Assembly (NCBI GenBank): GCA_049322215.1
Contig: JBMORU010000001.1
Coordinates: 388,023 to 452,022 of the forward strand
Reading direction: 5' to 3'
DNA: 64,000 nucleotides
Source of the DNA: Patescibacteria group bacterium
GTDB lineage: Bacteria; Patescibacteriota; WWE3; UBA101185; UBA10185
Part shown: piece after piece, positions 49,546-60,007 of the stretch
How the letters are laid out: each line of letters starts with the position of its first letter
Numbering within the stretch: the stretch's first letter is position 1
The notes under the pieces: generated by a model
The model's database searches: none
What the model was told of the DNA's origin: nothing
What the model saw: the letters and a program-made list of their open reading frames with translations, nothing else
Made by a program: the position numbers and the translations under genes

Positions 49546-50300
49546 TAATGTCCTCCACCAAAACGACGTTGGCGGTTAAAGTATGCATCATAAGCATGTT
49601 TCAGTTTTGCTTCATCAAAGTCTGGAAAAAAACAGGGTTCAAAATAAAACTCTGAGTATGCGGCTTGAATTGGCATTAAACCACTTAATCTAATTTCCCC
49701 CGAAGTTCTAATAACGTAGTCTACGTAAGGATTCTGCTGTCCGCTAGTATCTAAATAGCTATTAAAAACGTATTCCTTTAGTTTGGCATCTTTATTGCCT
49801 ACAATCTTTCCTATATCCTCAACAGTTAGCTTGCCGTCTTTAACGTCTTGAGCTATTTTTTGCGTTGCTCTAATAATTTCATCTACACCGCCATAATCGA
49901 GCGCTAGATTTAACACGTAATTAATATTGCTTTCTGTTTTTTGTGCAATTTCAGCTAGTTTTTCTACTAGTTTAGTTGGAAGTCTGTCTTTTCGGCCTAA
50001 GTGATAAATTCTTACTCCTTCTTTCATAGCATCTCCAACAAATTCATCAATGGCATCCATTAACAAATTTACAATGAAATCTAACTCAAGTTTTGGTCTA
50101 TGTAACCAGTTTTCAGTGGATAATCCCCAAATAGTTAGGGTGTGAATGTTTAGTTTTTTTGAGGCTTTGGTTAATTCTATAATTCGGTTCATGCCCTTTT
50201 TGTAACCTTCTGTTGCCTTTACACCATTGGCATCTGCCCATCGAGAATTGCCATCGGGGATCACTGCTAAGTGATTAAGGTTTTGTTTTTCTTTTGCCAT
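49545..50300 (-). CDS. uppS: Undecaprenyl diphosphate synthase
   Basis: HLAVIPDGNSRWA, STENW, YGG..EI, IRTSGEIRLSG. Confidence 0.93.
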   Translation of the reverse strand: MAKEKQNLNHLAVIPDGNSRWADANGVKATEGYKKGMNRIIELTKASKKLNIHTLTIWGLSTENWLHRPKLELDFIVNLLMDAIDEFVGDAMKEGVRIYHLGRKDRLPTKLVEKLAEIAQKTESNINYVLNLALDYGGVDEIIRATQKIAQDVKDGKLTVEDIGKIVGNKDAKLKEYVFNSYLDTSGQQNPYVDYVIRTSGEIRLSGLMPIQAAYSEFYFEPCFFPDFDEAKLKHAYDAYFNRQRRFGGGH

Positions 50301-50351
50301 AACTGCGATGTTAGCAGTTTTAAACTAAAAGTTCAATTTGCATATGCTTAC

Positions 50352-51041
50352 TTATCTTATACCGCAGTATTCAACATTTTTTGTAACGTGACTTGCAATT
50401 TGGCTTAGTTCTTCGTCTGTATATGTAGTGTAATTTTTGTATTTTGAATTTAATGTTTTGGTTGGAACAAACTTTTGCAAGTAGTATTTTTTTGCACCTA
50501 AGATTAAGTTGCTTATTTCGTATATGTCTGCTGGAGATAAGTCTTCTTTTACAACAGTAGTCCTAAACTCATAAGATATATTTGATTTCATTATCAATTG
50601 TATACTTGTAGTTATTTTTGCTTTTATGCCAAGTTCTTTGGTTAAGGTTTTATATGTTGTTAGTGGTGTTTTTATATCCATAGCAACATAGTCAATTAGT
50701 TTGTCATCAATAAGCTGCTTTAGTGTATTTGGATTAGACCCTTGAGTATCAAGCTTTACCATATATCCTAAGTCTTTGATTTTTTTAATAAACACTATTA
50801 AGTCTTTATGTAAGGTAGGTTCCCCTCCTGTTATTACTACTCCGTCTAGTTTACCCTTTCTTGTGTGCAAAAAGTCAAAGAATTCGTTTTCAGGTATTAT
50901 TTTTGCTATTTTACGTGCGTCTAGTAGCTCTGGATTATGGCAATACCCACAGGCAAAATTACAACCTACTGTGAATACAGTACATGCAACTTTACCTGGG
51001 AAATCGATCAAAGTGGTTTTTTGTAATCCGCCTATAATCAT
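50352..51041 (-). CDS. nrdG: Anaerobic RNR activating radical SAM protein
   Basis: GCNFACGYCHN CxxxCxxC, ITGGEP, YEFRTT; overlaps nrdD. Confidence 0.9.
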   Translation of the reverse strand: MIIGGLQKTTLIDFPGKVACTVFTVGCNFACGYCHNPELLDARKIAKIIPENEFFDFLHTRKGKLDGVVITGGEPTLHKDLIVFIKKIKDLGYMVKLDTQGSNPNTLKQLIDDKLIDYVAMDIKTPLTTYKTLTKELGIKAKITTSIQLIMKSNISYEFRTTVVKEDLSPADIYEISNLILGAKKYYLQKFVPTKTLNSKYKNYTTYTDEELSQIASHVTKNVEYCGIR

Positions 51042-53131
51042 TTTTGTTGAACATTAAAGCTTTTTCTACGTACATATTCAGCTTGTTTCCCATCGTTCCA
51101 TTGTGCTAGTGGCCTTAAATATCCTACTATTCTGGAGTAAACTTCACACACGCTATCACATTTTTCACAAGTTACGTGCTCTCCGCTTAAGTACCCATGC
51201 TCTGGGCATACACTAAATGTGGGTGTAATACTAAAGTAAGGAAGTTTATAATTATTGCAAACATTTTTAACGAGCGACTTTACTGATTCCAAGTCGTTTA
51301 TTTTTTCTCCAACGAATAAGTGCACTACTGTACCTCCGGTATATTTAGTTTGAAGATTATCTTGCAAATCTAAATAACCAAATATGTCATCTGTAAAATT
51401 TACAGGTAAATGGGTGGAGTTTGTATAAAACGGAGTGTTAGCTTCGTGTGCAATTCCCGCGGCTGTTACTATGTCGGGGTATCTTAAAGCATCAGCCTTA
51501 GATAGTCTGTACGATGTACTTTCGGCGGGGGTTGCTTCTAAATTGTAGTTGTGTCCAGTGTCTTCAATGTAATGATCTAGTTTATCAAGCATAAAGTTCA
51601 TTACTTCTTCTGCAAATGCGTTTCCTTCAGGTGTAGTTATATCTTTACCTAAAAAGTTTACACATGCTTCGTTCATACCAACTAAACCAATTGTAGAAAA
51701 GTGATTACTCCAGTATTCGCCAAATTTTTTGTGGATATTTCTCAAATAAAACTTTGTGTATGGGTACAAATCTTTTTCTGTAAACTTTTCTAGCGTATGC
51801 CTCTTAATTTCTAGAGATTCTTTTGCTATATCCATTATTTCTTCAAGTAGTTCCAAAAACTCTTTTTTAGTTTTTGCTTTATAGCCAATTCTCGGCATAT
51901 TAATGGTTACAACACCTACTGATCCTGTAAGCGGGTTGGCTCCAAATAAACCACCTCCTCTTACTTTCAGTTTAGTATTGTCTATTCTTAAGCGACAGCA
52001 CATTGATCTTGCATCTTCAGGGTTTAAACTTGAATTAATAAAGTTACTGAAGTAGGGGATTCCATATTTCGCAGTAACTTCCCATAGTGAATTCAGGTTT
52101 TTATTATCCCAATCAAAGTCGTTTGTAATGTTTATTGTAGGGATTGGAAACGTAAACACTCGCCCCGAATTATCACCTTCTGCCATTAGTTCTAATAAAC
52201 ATTTGTTTAACATGTCCATTTCTTTTTGAAAGTCTCCATAAGTTTCACTTTTGTATTCACCACCTACTACAACATTTTGGTCTTTGTAAATTCCTGGAAC
52301 TTTCAAATCTAGAGTAATATTAGTAAAAGGTGTTTGAAACCCTACTCTAGTTGGAACATTAACATTAAACAAAAATTCTTGTAGAGCCTGACGAACCTCT
52401 TTTTCACCTAAGTTGTCGTATCTAATAAAAGGGGCAAGTAAAGTGTCAAAGTTTGATAGCGCTTGCGCGCCTGCCGCCTCTCCCTGTAATGTGTAAAAAA
52501 AGTTTACTACTTGCCCTAGTGCACTTCTAAAGTGTTTAGCAGGGGCGCTTTCAATTTTTCCTGCAACACCCTTAAAACCTGATAACAGTAAATCCATTAA
52601 ATCCCAACCAACACAATAAACTGCAAGTAAGTTTAAGTCGTGAATGTGATAATCGCCATTTAAGTGAGCATCTCTTACGTCTTCAGGATAAATTTTGTTT
52701 AACCAGTAAGTTTTTGTTACTTCAGAGGAAACATAGTTATTTAGACCTTGCAATGAATATCCCATATTGCTGTTTTCTTTTACTTGCCAGTCTAGTCTAT
52801 CAAGGTATTGATCCATTAATGTTGTAGAAAATTTTGAGGTTATTTCTCTAAGTTGGCGTCTTTGCTCTCTGTATAAGATATACGCCTTTGCGGTTTGTTT
52901 AAACGATGATGCAAGTAATACTTCTTCTACTATGTCTTGTATTTGCTCAACTGAAGGAGTTTTTTCTTTAATTGTTTCTTGAGCTATGTTTAGTGTTTTT
53001 AAAGCTAGTGTTCTTGCTTTTGCGCTCTCAAACTCTCCGGTTGCTTCGCCTGCTCGTGTAATAGCATTTACAAGTTTTTCAAAATCAAATTTATTAACTC
53101 TGCCATCTCTTTTTTTGATAGTTTTATACAT
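51038..53131 (-). CDS. nrdD: Class III ribonucleoside-triphosphate reductase with ATP cone
   Basis: IKKRDGR ATP cone, HIHDL, SMCCRL, EATPAES, CPEHG..C..C, YSRIVGY glycyl-radical loop. Confidence 0.95.
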   Translation of the reverse strand: MYKTIKKRDGRVNKFDFEKLVNAITRAGEATGEFESAKARTLALKTLNIAQETIKEKTPSVEQIQDIVEEVLLASSFKQTAKAYILYREQRRQLREITSKFSTTLMDQYLDRLDWQVKENSNMGYSLQGLNNYVSSEVTKTYWLNKIYPEDVRDAHLNGDYHIHDLNLLAVYCVGWDLMDLLLSGFKGVAGKIESAPAKHFRSALGQVVNFFYTLQGEAAGAQALSNFDTLLAPFIRYDNLGEKEVRQALQEFLFNVNVPTRVGFQTPFTNITLDLKVPGIYKDQNVVVGGEYKSETYGDFQKEMDMLNKCLLELMAEGDNSGRVFTFPIPTINITNDFDWDNKNLNSLWEVTAKYGIPYFSNFINSSLNPEDARSMCCRLRIDNTKLKVRGGGLFGANPLTGSVGVVTINMPRIGYKAKTKKEFLELLEEIMDIAKESLEIKRHTLEKFTEKDLYPYTKFYLRNIHKKFGEYWSNHFSTIGLVGMNEACVNFLGKDITTPEGNAFAEEVMNFMLDKLDHYIEDTGHNYNLEATPAESTSYRLSKADALRYPDIVTAAGIAHEANTPFYTNSTHLPVNFTDDIFGYLDLQDNLQTKYTGGTVVHLFVGEKINDLESVKSLVKNVCNNYKLPYFSITPTFSVCPEHGYLSGEHVTCEKCDSVCEVYSRIVGYLRPLAQWNDGKQAEYVRRKSFNVQQK

Positions 53132-53250
53132 CTAATAGCTCCTAAATAAATCATTTACTTGTAAGTTTGGGCAGTATTGTTTTTTGGATTTTGACCAAAA
53201 GTTGTAAGTTATTTAAGATTACGCTAGTTCTTTTTTTTAAAAAAGGGTTT

Positions 53251-53703
53251 TTATAAAGAAGATATAGAAACAAGGTGGTTAAGGAATAAAAACAAAGTTC
53301 CCCACCAGCCAAAAAAAGAAATTATAAAACTAAGTGTTATAGAAATTTGCATAGAAGTTGGAAGTAGCTCTTCTGCTCTTCCATCCCTTTCTTGTTTTAA
53401 AAGTTTTGGGCTAATCCAAAAACTTAAAAAGCAGCCATTTAAAATTAACAGTGCAAAAATCCCCCAGTGAATGTAGGCTACATGTGTAATTCCTGTTAAG
53501 TTGTAGAACAGAGTGGCTCCAATTAGTGCTAAGATAGTTCCTAGCCATATAAGAGGTTTAGTCACTTTGTGGGCAGTTATGGTGGCGCGTGTCCAGTAGG
53601 GTGAGTTTCTGCCCAAAAACCCGTGAGTATCAATTACAGTTACAGCGCCTAGTCCTACAATATAGCCACCTATTAAAATAAACAAACTGATTACTTCTTC
53701 CAT
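53251..53703 (-). CDS. Hypothetical 4-TM membrane protein
   Basis: Hydrophobic; similar to the upstream ORF (GLGA.TV.D, LNG.F). Confidence 0.65.
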   Translation of the reverse strand: MEEVISLFILIGGYIVGLGAVTVIDTHGFLGRNSPYWTRATITAHKVTKPLIWLGTILALIGATLFYNLTGITHVAYIHWGIFALLILNGCFLSFWISPKLLKQERDGRAEELLPTSMQISITLSFIISFFGWWGTLFLFLNHLVSISSL

Positions 53704-54266
53704 TTGCCCATTCTATAAATGTTTTTCTCTAGCAGGAAACAAAAGGCTGTTCCTGCAAATAGTACTAAAAAGTACACACTCATAATTTGAATATAGTTGT
53801 ATCCATAGCCTTTGTTTATGGCTAAGAATAAAGCAGAATACCAGGAGGTTAAAGAAATAGCACCCGCTATTAATGTTTTTAGTCTTATCGCATGCTCTTT
53901 TTTGCTTATTTCTTTGTTAAAGCTGATTTTTCTAAGATTAGGTATTATTTTTTTATGCATAAAAATGCCGTTTAAAACTACAATGGCTACTATTGTTACT
54001 TTAGCTAAAAAACTGTCTGCATGTAGAAGATGTTCCATATTTGCATAAAACATTGTTAGTCCTGATAAGGTGAATAGCGCTATACCTGCCCATACCAAAT
54101 GTGTAACTGCCGTAATTGTATTGTACTCACTTTCTGTTATTTTTAAGTCTTTTATTGATCTAATAAACAAATAGTCAGAAACTGTAGCAGCGCCTAATCC
54201 TATTATAAACCCTATGAAATGAACTTTAAGAAATAGTGCGTAATTGCTTAGTATTACTTCTTGCAT
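53691..54266 (-). CDS. Hypothetical membrane protein
   Basis: HFIGFIIGLGAATVSD, VWAG...SG, FLAK...LNGIFMH. Confidence 0.65.
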   Translation of the reverse strand: MQEVILSNYALFLKVHFIGFIIGLGAATVSDYLFIRSIKDLKITESEYNTITAVTHLVWAGIALFTLSGLTMFYANMEHLLHADSFLAKVTIVAIVVLNGIFMHKKIIPNLRKISFNKEISKKEHAIRLKTLIAGAISLTSWYSALFLAINKGYGYNYIQIMSVYFLVLFAGTAFCFLLEKNIYRMGKWKK

Positions 54267-54273
54267 TATTTAA

Positions 54274-55074
54274 TTATAAATTACTTTTTTCTATATTTAA
54301 GCTTTGAATGAATTTAACTATGCCATTTGCAATTCCTTGTGCGGGTACTTCTGGGCTATTTATTAGCATTGTTGCCTCTTTGTAATTTGTCATAAATCCT
54401 GTTTCAACTAAAACTCCTGGCGTCATGGGGTGTATTGCGTGCTCGTATCTTCTGGAATTAAATGCATAATATCTAGTCATATTTCTTGTTATGTTTGGGT
54501 CTACGGGCAAGTTGGTTATTTTCCCATATTCCTCTTGAAGATAATTTGAGAGTTTTTGAGCATTTCCTGTGCGATCTCTTTGATATGCGGCGGTTTTGTA
54601 ACCATTAACAATTGGGTTTACGTTTCCATCAGCGTGTATTGATATAAAAGCATCTGCCCAGTAATCTACTGGAACAGTAGCTGGGAGTATGTCTACTATA
54701 TAGCCTTGCTCTTCTAAAATTTTGGCTGTTTCTTCAGCTATTTTTAAAACTACCTTCCACTCTGCAACTCCCTGGCCACTAGTTCCTCCTCCATTTTTTC
54801 TTATTCTTGTTTGTTCTTCTGGCATTTCATCGGTTTTCCAGTGCCCTGCTTGCAAGCCTATTTTAATAGGGCCGTTTGGGCGGGTCCAATTATAGTACTC
54901 ATCAAAAAAATTAGTTGGGGTTTCGCTTTCTTGAATATCTTCAACATATGGTGGTGCTCCGTAGTCTTTGGCATTTTTATACAGGCCAAAAGCCCAAATT
55001 GCCCCTAGTATAAAAGTTATGGCAAAAAATAAGGTTAGTAGTTTATTCATGAAGTAAAAATAGTCTTTGGGCAT
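54274..55074 (-). CDS. N-acetylmuramoyl-L-alanine amidase (Amidase_3)
   Basis: IGLQAGH, ADAFISIHAD, PGVLVETGFMTN Zn ligands; N-terminal anchor. Confidence 0.9.
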   Translation of the reverse strand: MPKDYFYFMNKLLTLFFAITFILGAIWAFGLYKNAKDYGAPPYVEDIQESETPTNFFDEYYNWTRPNGPIKIGLQAGHWKTDEMPEEQTRIRKNGGGTSGQGVAEWKVVLKIAEETAKILEEQGYIVDILPATVPVDYWADAFISIHADGNVNPIVNGYKTAAYQRDRTGNAQKLSNYLQEEYGKITNLPVDPNITRNMTRYYAFNSRRYEHAIHPMTPGVLVETGFMTNYKEATMLINSPEVPAQGIANGIVKFIQSLNIEKSNL

Positions 55075-55167
55075 TATACCATTATACTTTTTTAGAGTAG
55101 CAGCTCTTACAAAGTTCTTACCTGATGTTACTTAAATTTTAACTGCTTTTTCTTATCGTTACAGTGT

Positions 55168-55812
55168 ATGAGCAGTAGTTTTAGTCAAAAAAGACAAAGC
55201 ATGGTAGCTAAACAACTTATTTGCAGGGGAATATCCGATAAGCGTGTTTTAGAAGCTATGCAAAAAATTCCCAGGGAAGAATTTGTTCCTAATGTTCATA
55301 GAGATTTAGCTTACGAAGATGCTCCTTTAGAGATTGGGTTTGGCCAAACTATATCTCAGCCCTATGTTGTTGCGCGCATGTGTGAACTTTTAAATCTTAA
55401 AGGTGATGAAAAAGTTTTAGATATTGGTTCTGGGTCAGGCTATCAAGCTGCCGTCTTATCTAAAATAGCGGATCAAGTTTTTGCTGTTGAAGTTATTCCA
55501 GAGCTTGTGTCTTCAGCCAAAAATGTTTTTTCCAAGTTAAATTATGACAACATAACTGTTGTGGTAAAAAATGGAAGGTTAGGTTTAAGTGAGTATGCTC
55601 CTTTTGATGCTATTAAATCTGCTGCTGCCTCAAATGGGGTACCTGAAATTTGGTTTACCCAACTTAAAGTTGGGGGTCGCATAGTTGCCCCCATAGGAAA
55701 AAGCTTCCATCAAAATATTGTGAAATACACTAAAACAGAAACCGGAGTACACGAGGAAATATTTGAGGGTGTAAGGTTTGTCCCTTTAATAAATACTAAC
55801 AAAAGCTTATAA
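55168..55812 (+). CDS. pcm: Protein-L-isoaspartate O-methyltransferase
   Basis: IPREEFV, GQTISQPY, VLDIGSGSGYQAA, APFDAI, VRFVPL. Confidence 0.96.
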   Translation: MSSSFSQKRQSMVAKQLICRGISDKRVLEAMQKIPREEFVPNVHRDLAYEDAPLEIGFGQTISQPYVVARMCELLNLKGDEKVLDIGSGSGYQAAVLSKIADQVFAVEVIPELVSSAKNVFSKLNYDNITVVVKNGRLGLSEYAPFDAIKSAAASNGVPEIWFTQLKVGGRIVAPIGKSFHQNIVKYTKTETGVHEEIFEGVRFVPLINTNKSL

Positions 55813-55914
55813 GTCTGATTTGAAGAAAAGAGTTGCTAACTAATTTTTAGAATTTTATTACAGCATAAAGGGGTGCATAAGTACTGTGAAAGTTCTTAAG
55901 CACCCGGTATTTAG

Positions 55915-56271
55915 TTAAGGCATTGGTGTAGGTGGTTTATTGCCTTTGAAAGCCTTAATCCATGCTTCAAAGTTTTCAGGTGAACACGAGTAAAAATCTC
56001 GTGATTCGTCCCATTCTCCAGGAGCGTATTCCCATACAATTTTAAGCTTTGCACGTGGATGTGGTGTTTTATACTTGTTCCAATGTTCAAGTGCTGCCTT
56101 TGGACCTCCCCAGAATGCTGCGACAATAACGTCAACGACACCTTTTGCTTCTACCCCTTCAACCAATATCCTAACTTTTTCACCAAACTTAAGGCTTTCA
56201 GGCTTTCTTCCAACTACCACTACTTTAGCCTGTGATCCGTTTGGTTCTTGTCGTGTGTGAAAAGTACCCAT
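55915..56271 (-). CDS. Hypothetical protein (orphan unit 9)
   Basis: TTGCTA-17-TACAAT (plus 56312-56340), AAGGAGA (56281-56287), hairpin 55871-55905. Confidence 0.7.
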   Translation of the reverse strand: MGTFHTRQEPNGSQAKVVVVGRKPESLKFGEKVRILVEGVEAKGVVDVIVAAFWGGPKAALEHWNKYKTPHPRAKLKIVWEYAPGEWDESRDFYSCSPENFEAWIKAFKGNKPPTPMP

Positions 56272-56349
56272 TTATGTAACTCTCCTTTTTAATATGTTGA
56301 TTTGTGGGGGTATTGTATTACTTTAGTTAGTGGTTAGCAAACTAAAGGA

Positions 56350-57108
56350 CTACTCTTTTATATAGGTTGTTTGAATTGAAATAGCAATAACAAACTGGTT
56401 TTGTTTTGTTATGCCTTCAAAAACCTCATAAACATCTTTGAGGTCTTTTTCTTCATATGTTACTTCTACTCCGGCAGTTCCCGATGTTTCTTTTTGTGTA
56501 TATTCAAAACTCTTTAAATCATGTGTAGCTTTTTCTGCTAAATTTATTTCTAGTGTTTGTCCAACTTTTAAGTAAGTTGCAATTGAAGAGGGTAAGTTTG
56601 ATACGTAATATGTGCCTTCGCTATTTATAAGTTTTGCGCCGTGGTTTTTATCGTAATATTCCATAAGTGATTCCATGGGATATTTGTCGGTATGTGGAAG
56701 ATACTTCCAACCTAAATTAACAAGACCGTCTTCAAAGCTAAACATAGTTTCTTTAAAATCCTCGTTAAAACCATAAAATTTGGTTATTTTATAAACACAT
56801 GTGTTTGAGTATGCATCTGTTCTTTTCCAGCTACTTTTTCCTTTGTGGCATCTATCATGTGAAGATGTTGCATATTCAGTAAACAGTTTTAAATCATTTA
56901 TTTCAGCAAAAGTTTTATAAATATTTTGTCTTGCCGTCGCACGTTGTGTTATTGCTTGTTTTCCATAAGGATTAATTGGAGGTTTAAGGTTTTGGATTGC
57001 GCCTTTAATGCCACCGTTAAAAGCGATCAATGCTAAAGCGTAGATAAGGGCACAAACCAAAAGAATTGTGATAGCAATTACTAAAGGTAGTTTGATTTTC
57101 TTTGGCAT
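56350..57108 (-). CDS. Membrane-anchored extracytoplasmic hypothetical protein
   Basis: N-terminal TM, two Cys in the soluble part. Confidence 0.6.
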   Translation of the reverse strand: MPKKIKLPLVIAITILLVCALIYALALIAFNGGIKGAIQNLKPPINPYGKQAITQRATARQNIYKTFAEINDLKLFTEYATSSHDRCHKGKSSWKRTDAYSNTCVYKITKFYGFNEDFKETMFSFEDGLVNLGWKYLPHTDKYPMESLMEYYDKNHGAKLINSEGTYYVSNLPSSIATYLKVGQTLEINLAEKATHDLKSFEYTQKETSGTAGVEVTYEEKDLKDVYEVFEGITKQNQFVIAISIQTTYIKE

Positions 57109-57150
57109 TGTGGATTACTTTAGCCTTTCTTTATTTATTTACTATTTCAG

Positions 57151-57837
57151 CTACTGCTCTACAATTTTTTCTAACGTTTTTTGCTTTACGCCAGGTACAT
57201 CGGGATATTTTTTGTGTTGGTAGTATTCGTATGCAATTGGAATAAAAGAGAGACCAATAATTGCAAATACGGCATAGTGAAAATTTTCTTGAATTATTGG
57301 CAAATTACCAAAAAAGTATCCAAGAAGAGTAAACAAAGTTACCCATAAAATTCCTCCGGTGACATTATATGTTATAAATTTACTGTAATGCATGTTTCCA
57401 ACACCGGCTACAAATGGTGCAAATGTGCGTATAATAGGTACAAAGCGAGCAAGCATAATTGTTTTGGCTCCATGTTTTTTATAAAATTGCTCTGTCTTAT
57501 CTATATGTTCTTGATTTATAAACTTTATCTTAGGATTATCTACAATTTTGCGTCCAAATGTGTGTCCAATCCAATAGTTTGCGGCGTCGCCTAAAACGGC
57601 TGCAATAATTAAAAGAAGAATAATTCCTAAAATATTAAAAGATCCCAATGAAGCAATAGCTCCTGCGGCGAATAATAGCGAGTCCCCAGGAAGAAATGGT
57701 GTTACGACAAGACCTGTTTCTGCGAATACTATTAAAAACAGAATCCCATAGGTTAAGGTTCCATATTGGTTTACAAGCTCTATTAAATGAGTATCCAGGT
57801 GCAATATAAAATCGATAGCGTTTTGAAAGTACTCCAT
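57151..57837 (-). CDS. dedA: DedA family membrane protein
   Basis: FAETGLVVTPFLPGDSLLFAAG, ARFVPIIRTFAPFVAG. Confidence 0.95.
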   Translation of the reverse strand: MEYFQNAIDFILHLDTHLIELVNQYGTLTYGILFLIVFAETGLVVTPFLPGDSLLFAAGAIASLGSFNILGIILLLIIAAVLGDAANYWIGHTFGRKIVDNPKIKFINQEHIDKTEQFYKKHGAKTIMLARFVPIIRTFAPFVAGVGNMHYSKFITYNVTGGILWVTLFTLLGYFFGNLPIIQENFHYAVFAIIGLSFIPIAYEYYQHKKYPDVPGVKQKTLEKIVEQ

Positions 57838-57863
57838 GGTAAGTAATAATAGCACTTTGTTTA

Positions 57864-58352
57864 TTATAAAAATAGATAACTAATTATTGAAGCTGCGACT
57901 ATAGTAAGAAAATTATATGTAAAATGTGCAAGCACACATTTTTTGTAGCCGTTGTTTTCTCTTATGAACCTCCAAAGAAATATTCCTAAAGCCAGTTGGG
58001 GAAATCCCAGATTTATTCCTGGGGTTCCTAGTGAATGCATTAACGAAAATACTACTGCAATTAAAGTTCCAAATAACCAGTAGTCAATTTGGGCTAATTT
58101 CTTTTTCCATAACTTATAAGGAATTAACCTAAATAACAGTTCTTCTACAGCAACAACAACTAACCCGTAGGTGATCATTGTTATAAATACCATTAAATAA
58201 TTACCTTCAGTTATAAGGTTAACTATTTTTTCATTTCCACTTTTGGGCAGAAAAAAATCAATTTTAAAATAAAGTAAGATATATGAAATTGATAAAACAA
58301 TAGTTGTAAATAAAACAGTTTTATACAAAGTTTTCAAATAAGTGGTTTCCAT
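57864..58352 (-). CDS. CPBP/CAAX family intramembrane metalloprotease
   Basis: EELLFR, FSLMH, AHFTYN. Confidence 0.85.
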   Translation of the reverse strand: METTYLKTLYKTVLFTTIVLSISYILLYFKIDFFLPKSGNEKIVNLITEGNYLMVFITMITYGLVVVAVEELLFRLIPYKLWKKKLAQIDYWLFGTLIAVVFSLMHSLGTPGINLGFPQLALGIFLWRFIRENNGYKKCVLAHFTYNFLTIVAASIISYLFL

Positions 58353-58411
58353 ATTTTATAATAGTAGCATTCTTCTTTTTTAATTTAATGAGTTACTGAT
58401 ATATTGTTTAT

Positions 58412-59971
58412 ATGGAGTTAAATAACAATGTAAACGATGCTAAAGAAAGTACTTTTAATACGACTGCAAATATTGATAACTTAAACATTCCTATTCCAGG
58501 CCCTCCTAGCAATAACTCTGGTCTAAAATTTAAAAAAAGAAAAACTTTTATATTAGTTCTTCTAGTAAGCGTATTTGCAATTTGGCTTATAAAAAATTTT
58601 TCACAAAAACAAAATAATTCAACAAAGGTTGGTAGTCCTGCATTTACCTCTGATAGCGCGAACAACGCTGCAAAAGAAGATATATCTTTTTCTACCAAGC
58701 CACAAAATGACTACAATGCTACTCAAGTAAGTTTTGTACAAAAACAACAAACTCGTTCGAGCCCGATTAAATATAATACTGTGAGTGTTAATACTAATGT
58801 ACCTTCTATAAAAAACCGAGTAATTCCTGCTAATGAAATAAGTTTCATTGTTTTAAACAATATGGTTTTGCTAAGGTCATCACTTAACGCATTAGAAAAA
58901 GCTAATTGGCCTATGAATGGTGATTACGCCAAACCTATTAATATAACCTACAAAGATTTGGATCTTTCCGTAGACCAGCTTCGAGAAGTAATTGTTGTAG
59001 AAAAAGCAAAAGCACAAGAAAGAGAGCTTCCCCCGGAGCTTGAGAGTTTATACACATCGGCAGCAGCTTCCCGTGAATTAAACGCCTTAACAAAAAAAGC
59101 ATATGCAGAATATTTGTCTTATTTGCAAGCTGTTGGTGTGAATTCAATTTATATAGATGAAATGCAAAATATTGTACCTAACACAAACGAAAGAATATAC
59201 TTTATTGACAATTTGCAAATACCCTCAAGCTCGTTTGCTATGCAAGATTCCTCAGGTGCTGTTGAAGATTATTCTAAGCGTGTAATTGAAATCACTAGCG
59301 GTAGTTTATTTAATAACACAAAGTTTTTATATAACTCTCGCGTTTTAGGTGAAGTTCCTACTAATTCTACTGATTTAAATTTTTACTATAAAGAGTTACG
59401 TGACATGGCTCTTAGATTAAGTGTTTATCATGAAGCTACACATGTTTTGCAACGCGCTTACATGACTGTTCATGCCCCCATAGAAGCACGTAAAGGTCAG
59501 CATATTTACTTAGATGCAAATAAAACATTAATGGATTTAGATAAAGCAGACAAATGGCAGTGGTCAAAATATCCACGCGAAAAAGAATTTGAGGAACTAA
59601 CGCGTACTCAAGAAAGCCAAGCTGATGGAATAGCTTTTGAAGTTTTAACCAACGTATATGATATGAATACCAAGCAGCGAGATGCTCTTTGGACACATTT
59701 TTTTAGTAGACTCGACCCTACTTGGGAAATCATACAAGACATTAAGGTGTTATTTGAGCAAAACTGGCCCGATATGAGCTACAAAGTTGGAATAGGTGGT
59801 TCACTAGATGACGCCTTATTTAACTCATTTCCTGGAAGCTTAGAAGATAAAACAGTGTTGAAGCAAACTTTACGCTCTTCATCAAGTTTAGACAAAGACG
59901 CCGGCTATAATGACCCTTTACGCCCTGAAGAGACTTATGCTTTTTGGGAACTTTTAAAGGTTTTCGAATAG
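58412..59971 (+). CDS. Membrane-anchored protein with an HEXXH metallopeptidase-like motif
   Basis: Single TM near the N-terminus; YHEATHVLQ and downstream ESQAD. Confidence 0.55.
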   Translation: MELNNNVNDAKESTFNTTANIDNLNIPIPGPPSNNSGLKFKKRKTFILVLLVSVFAIWLIKNFSQKQNNSTKVGSPAFTSDSANNAAKEDISFSTKPQNDYNATQVSFVQKQQTRSSPIKYNTVSVNTNVPSIKNRVIPANEISFIVLNNMVLLRSSLNALEKANWPMNGDYAKPINITYKDLDLSVDQLREVIVVEKAKAQERELPPELESLYTSAAASRELNALTKKAYAEYLSYLQAVGVNSIYIDEMQNIVPNTNERIYFIDNLQIPSSSFAMQDSSGAVEDYSKRVIEITSGSLFNNTKFLYNSRVLGEVPTNSTDLNFYYKELRDMALRLSVYHEATHVLQRAYMTVHAPIEARKGQHIYLDANKTLMDLDKADKWQWSKYPREKEFEELTRTQESQADGIAFEVLTNVYDMNTKQRDALWTHFFSRLDPTWEIIQDIKVLFEQNWPDMSYKVGIGGSLDDALFNSFPGSLEDKTVLKQTLRSSSSLDKDAGYNDPLRPEETYAFWELLKVFE

Positions 59972-60007
59972 TTTTGTATATTGGCAAAAATCTAGTACTC
60001 TATGCAC

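Noticed and set aside
53132-53250. NrdR boxes or a riboswitch upstream of nrdD (aacttacaa occurs twice)
   Set aside because: Poor match to the NrdR palindrome and no recognisable riboswitch structure
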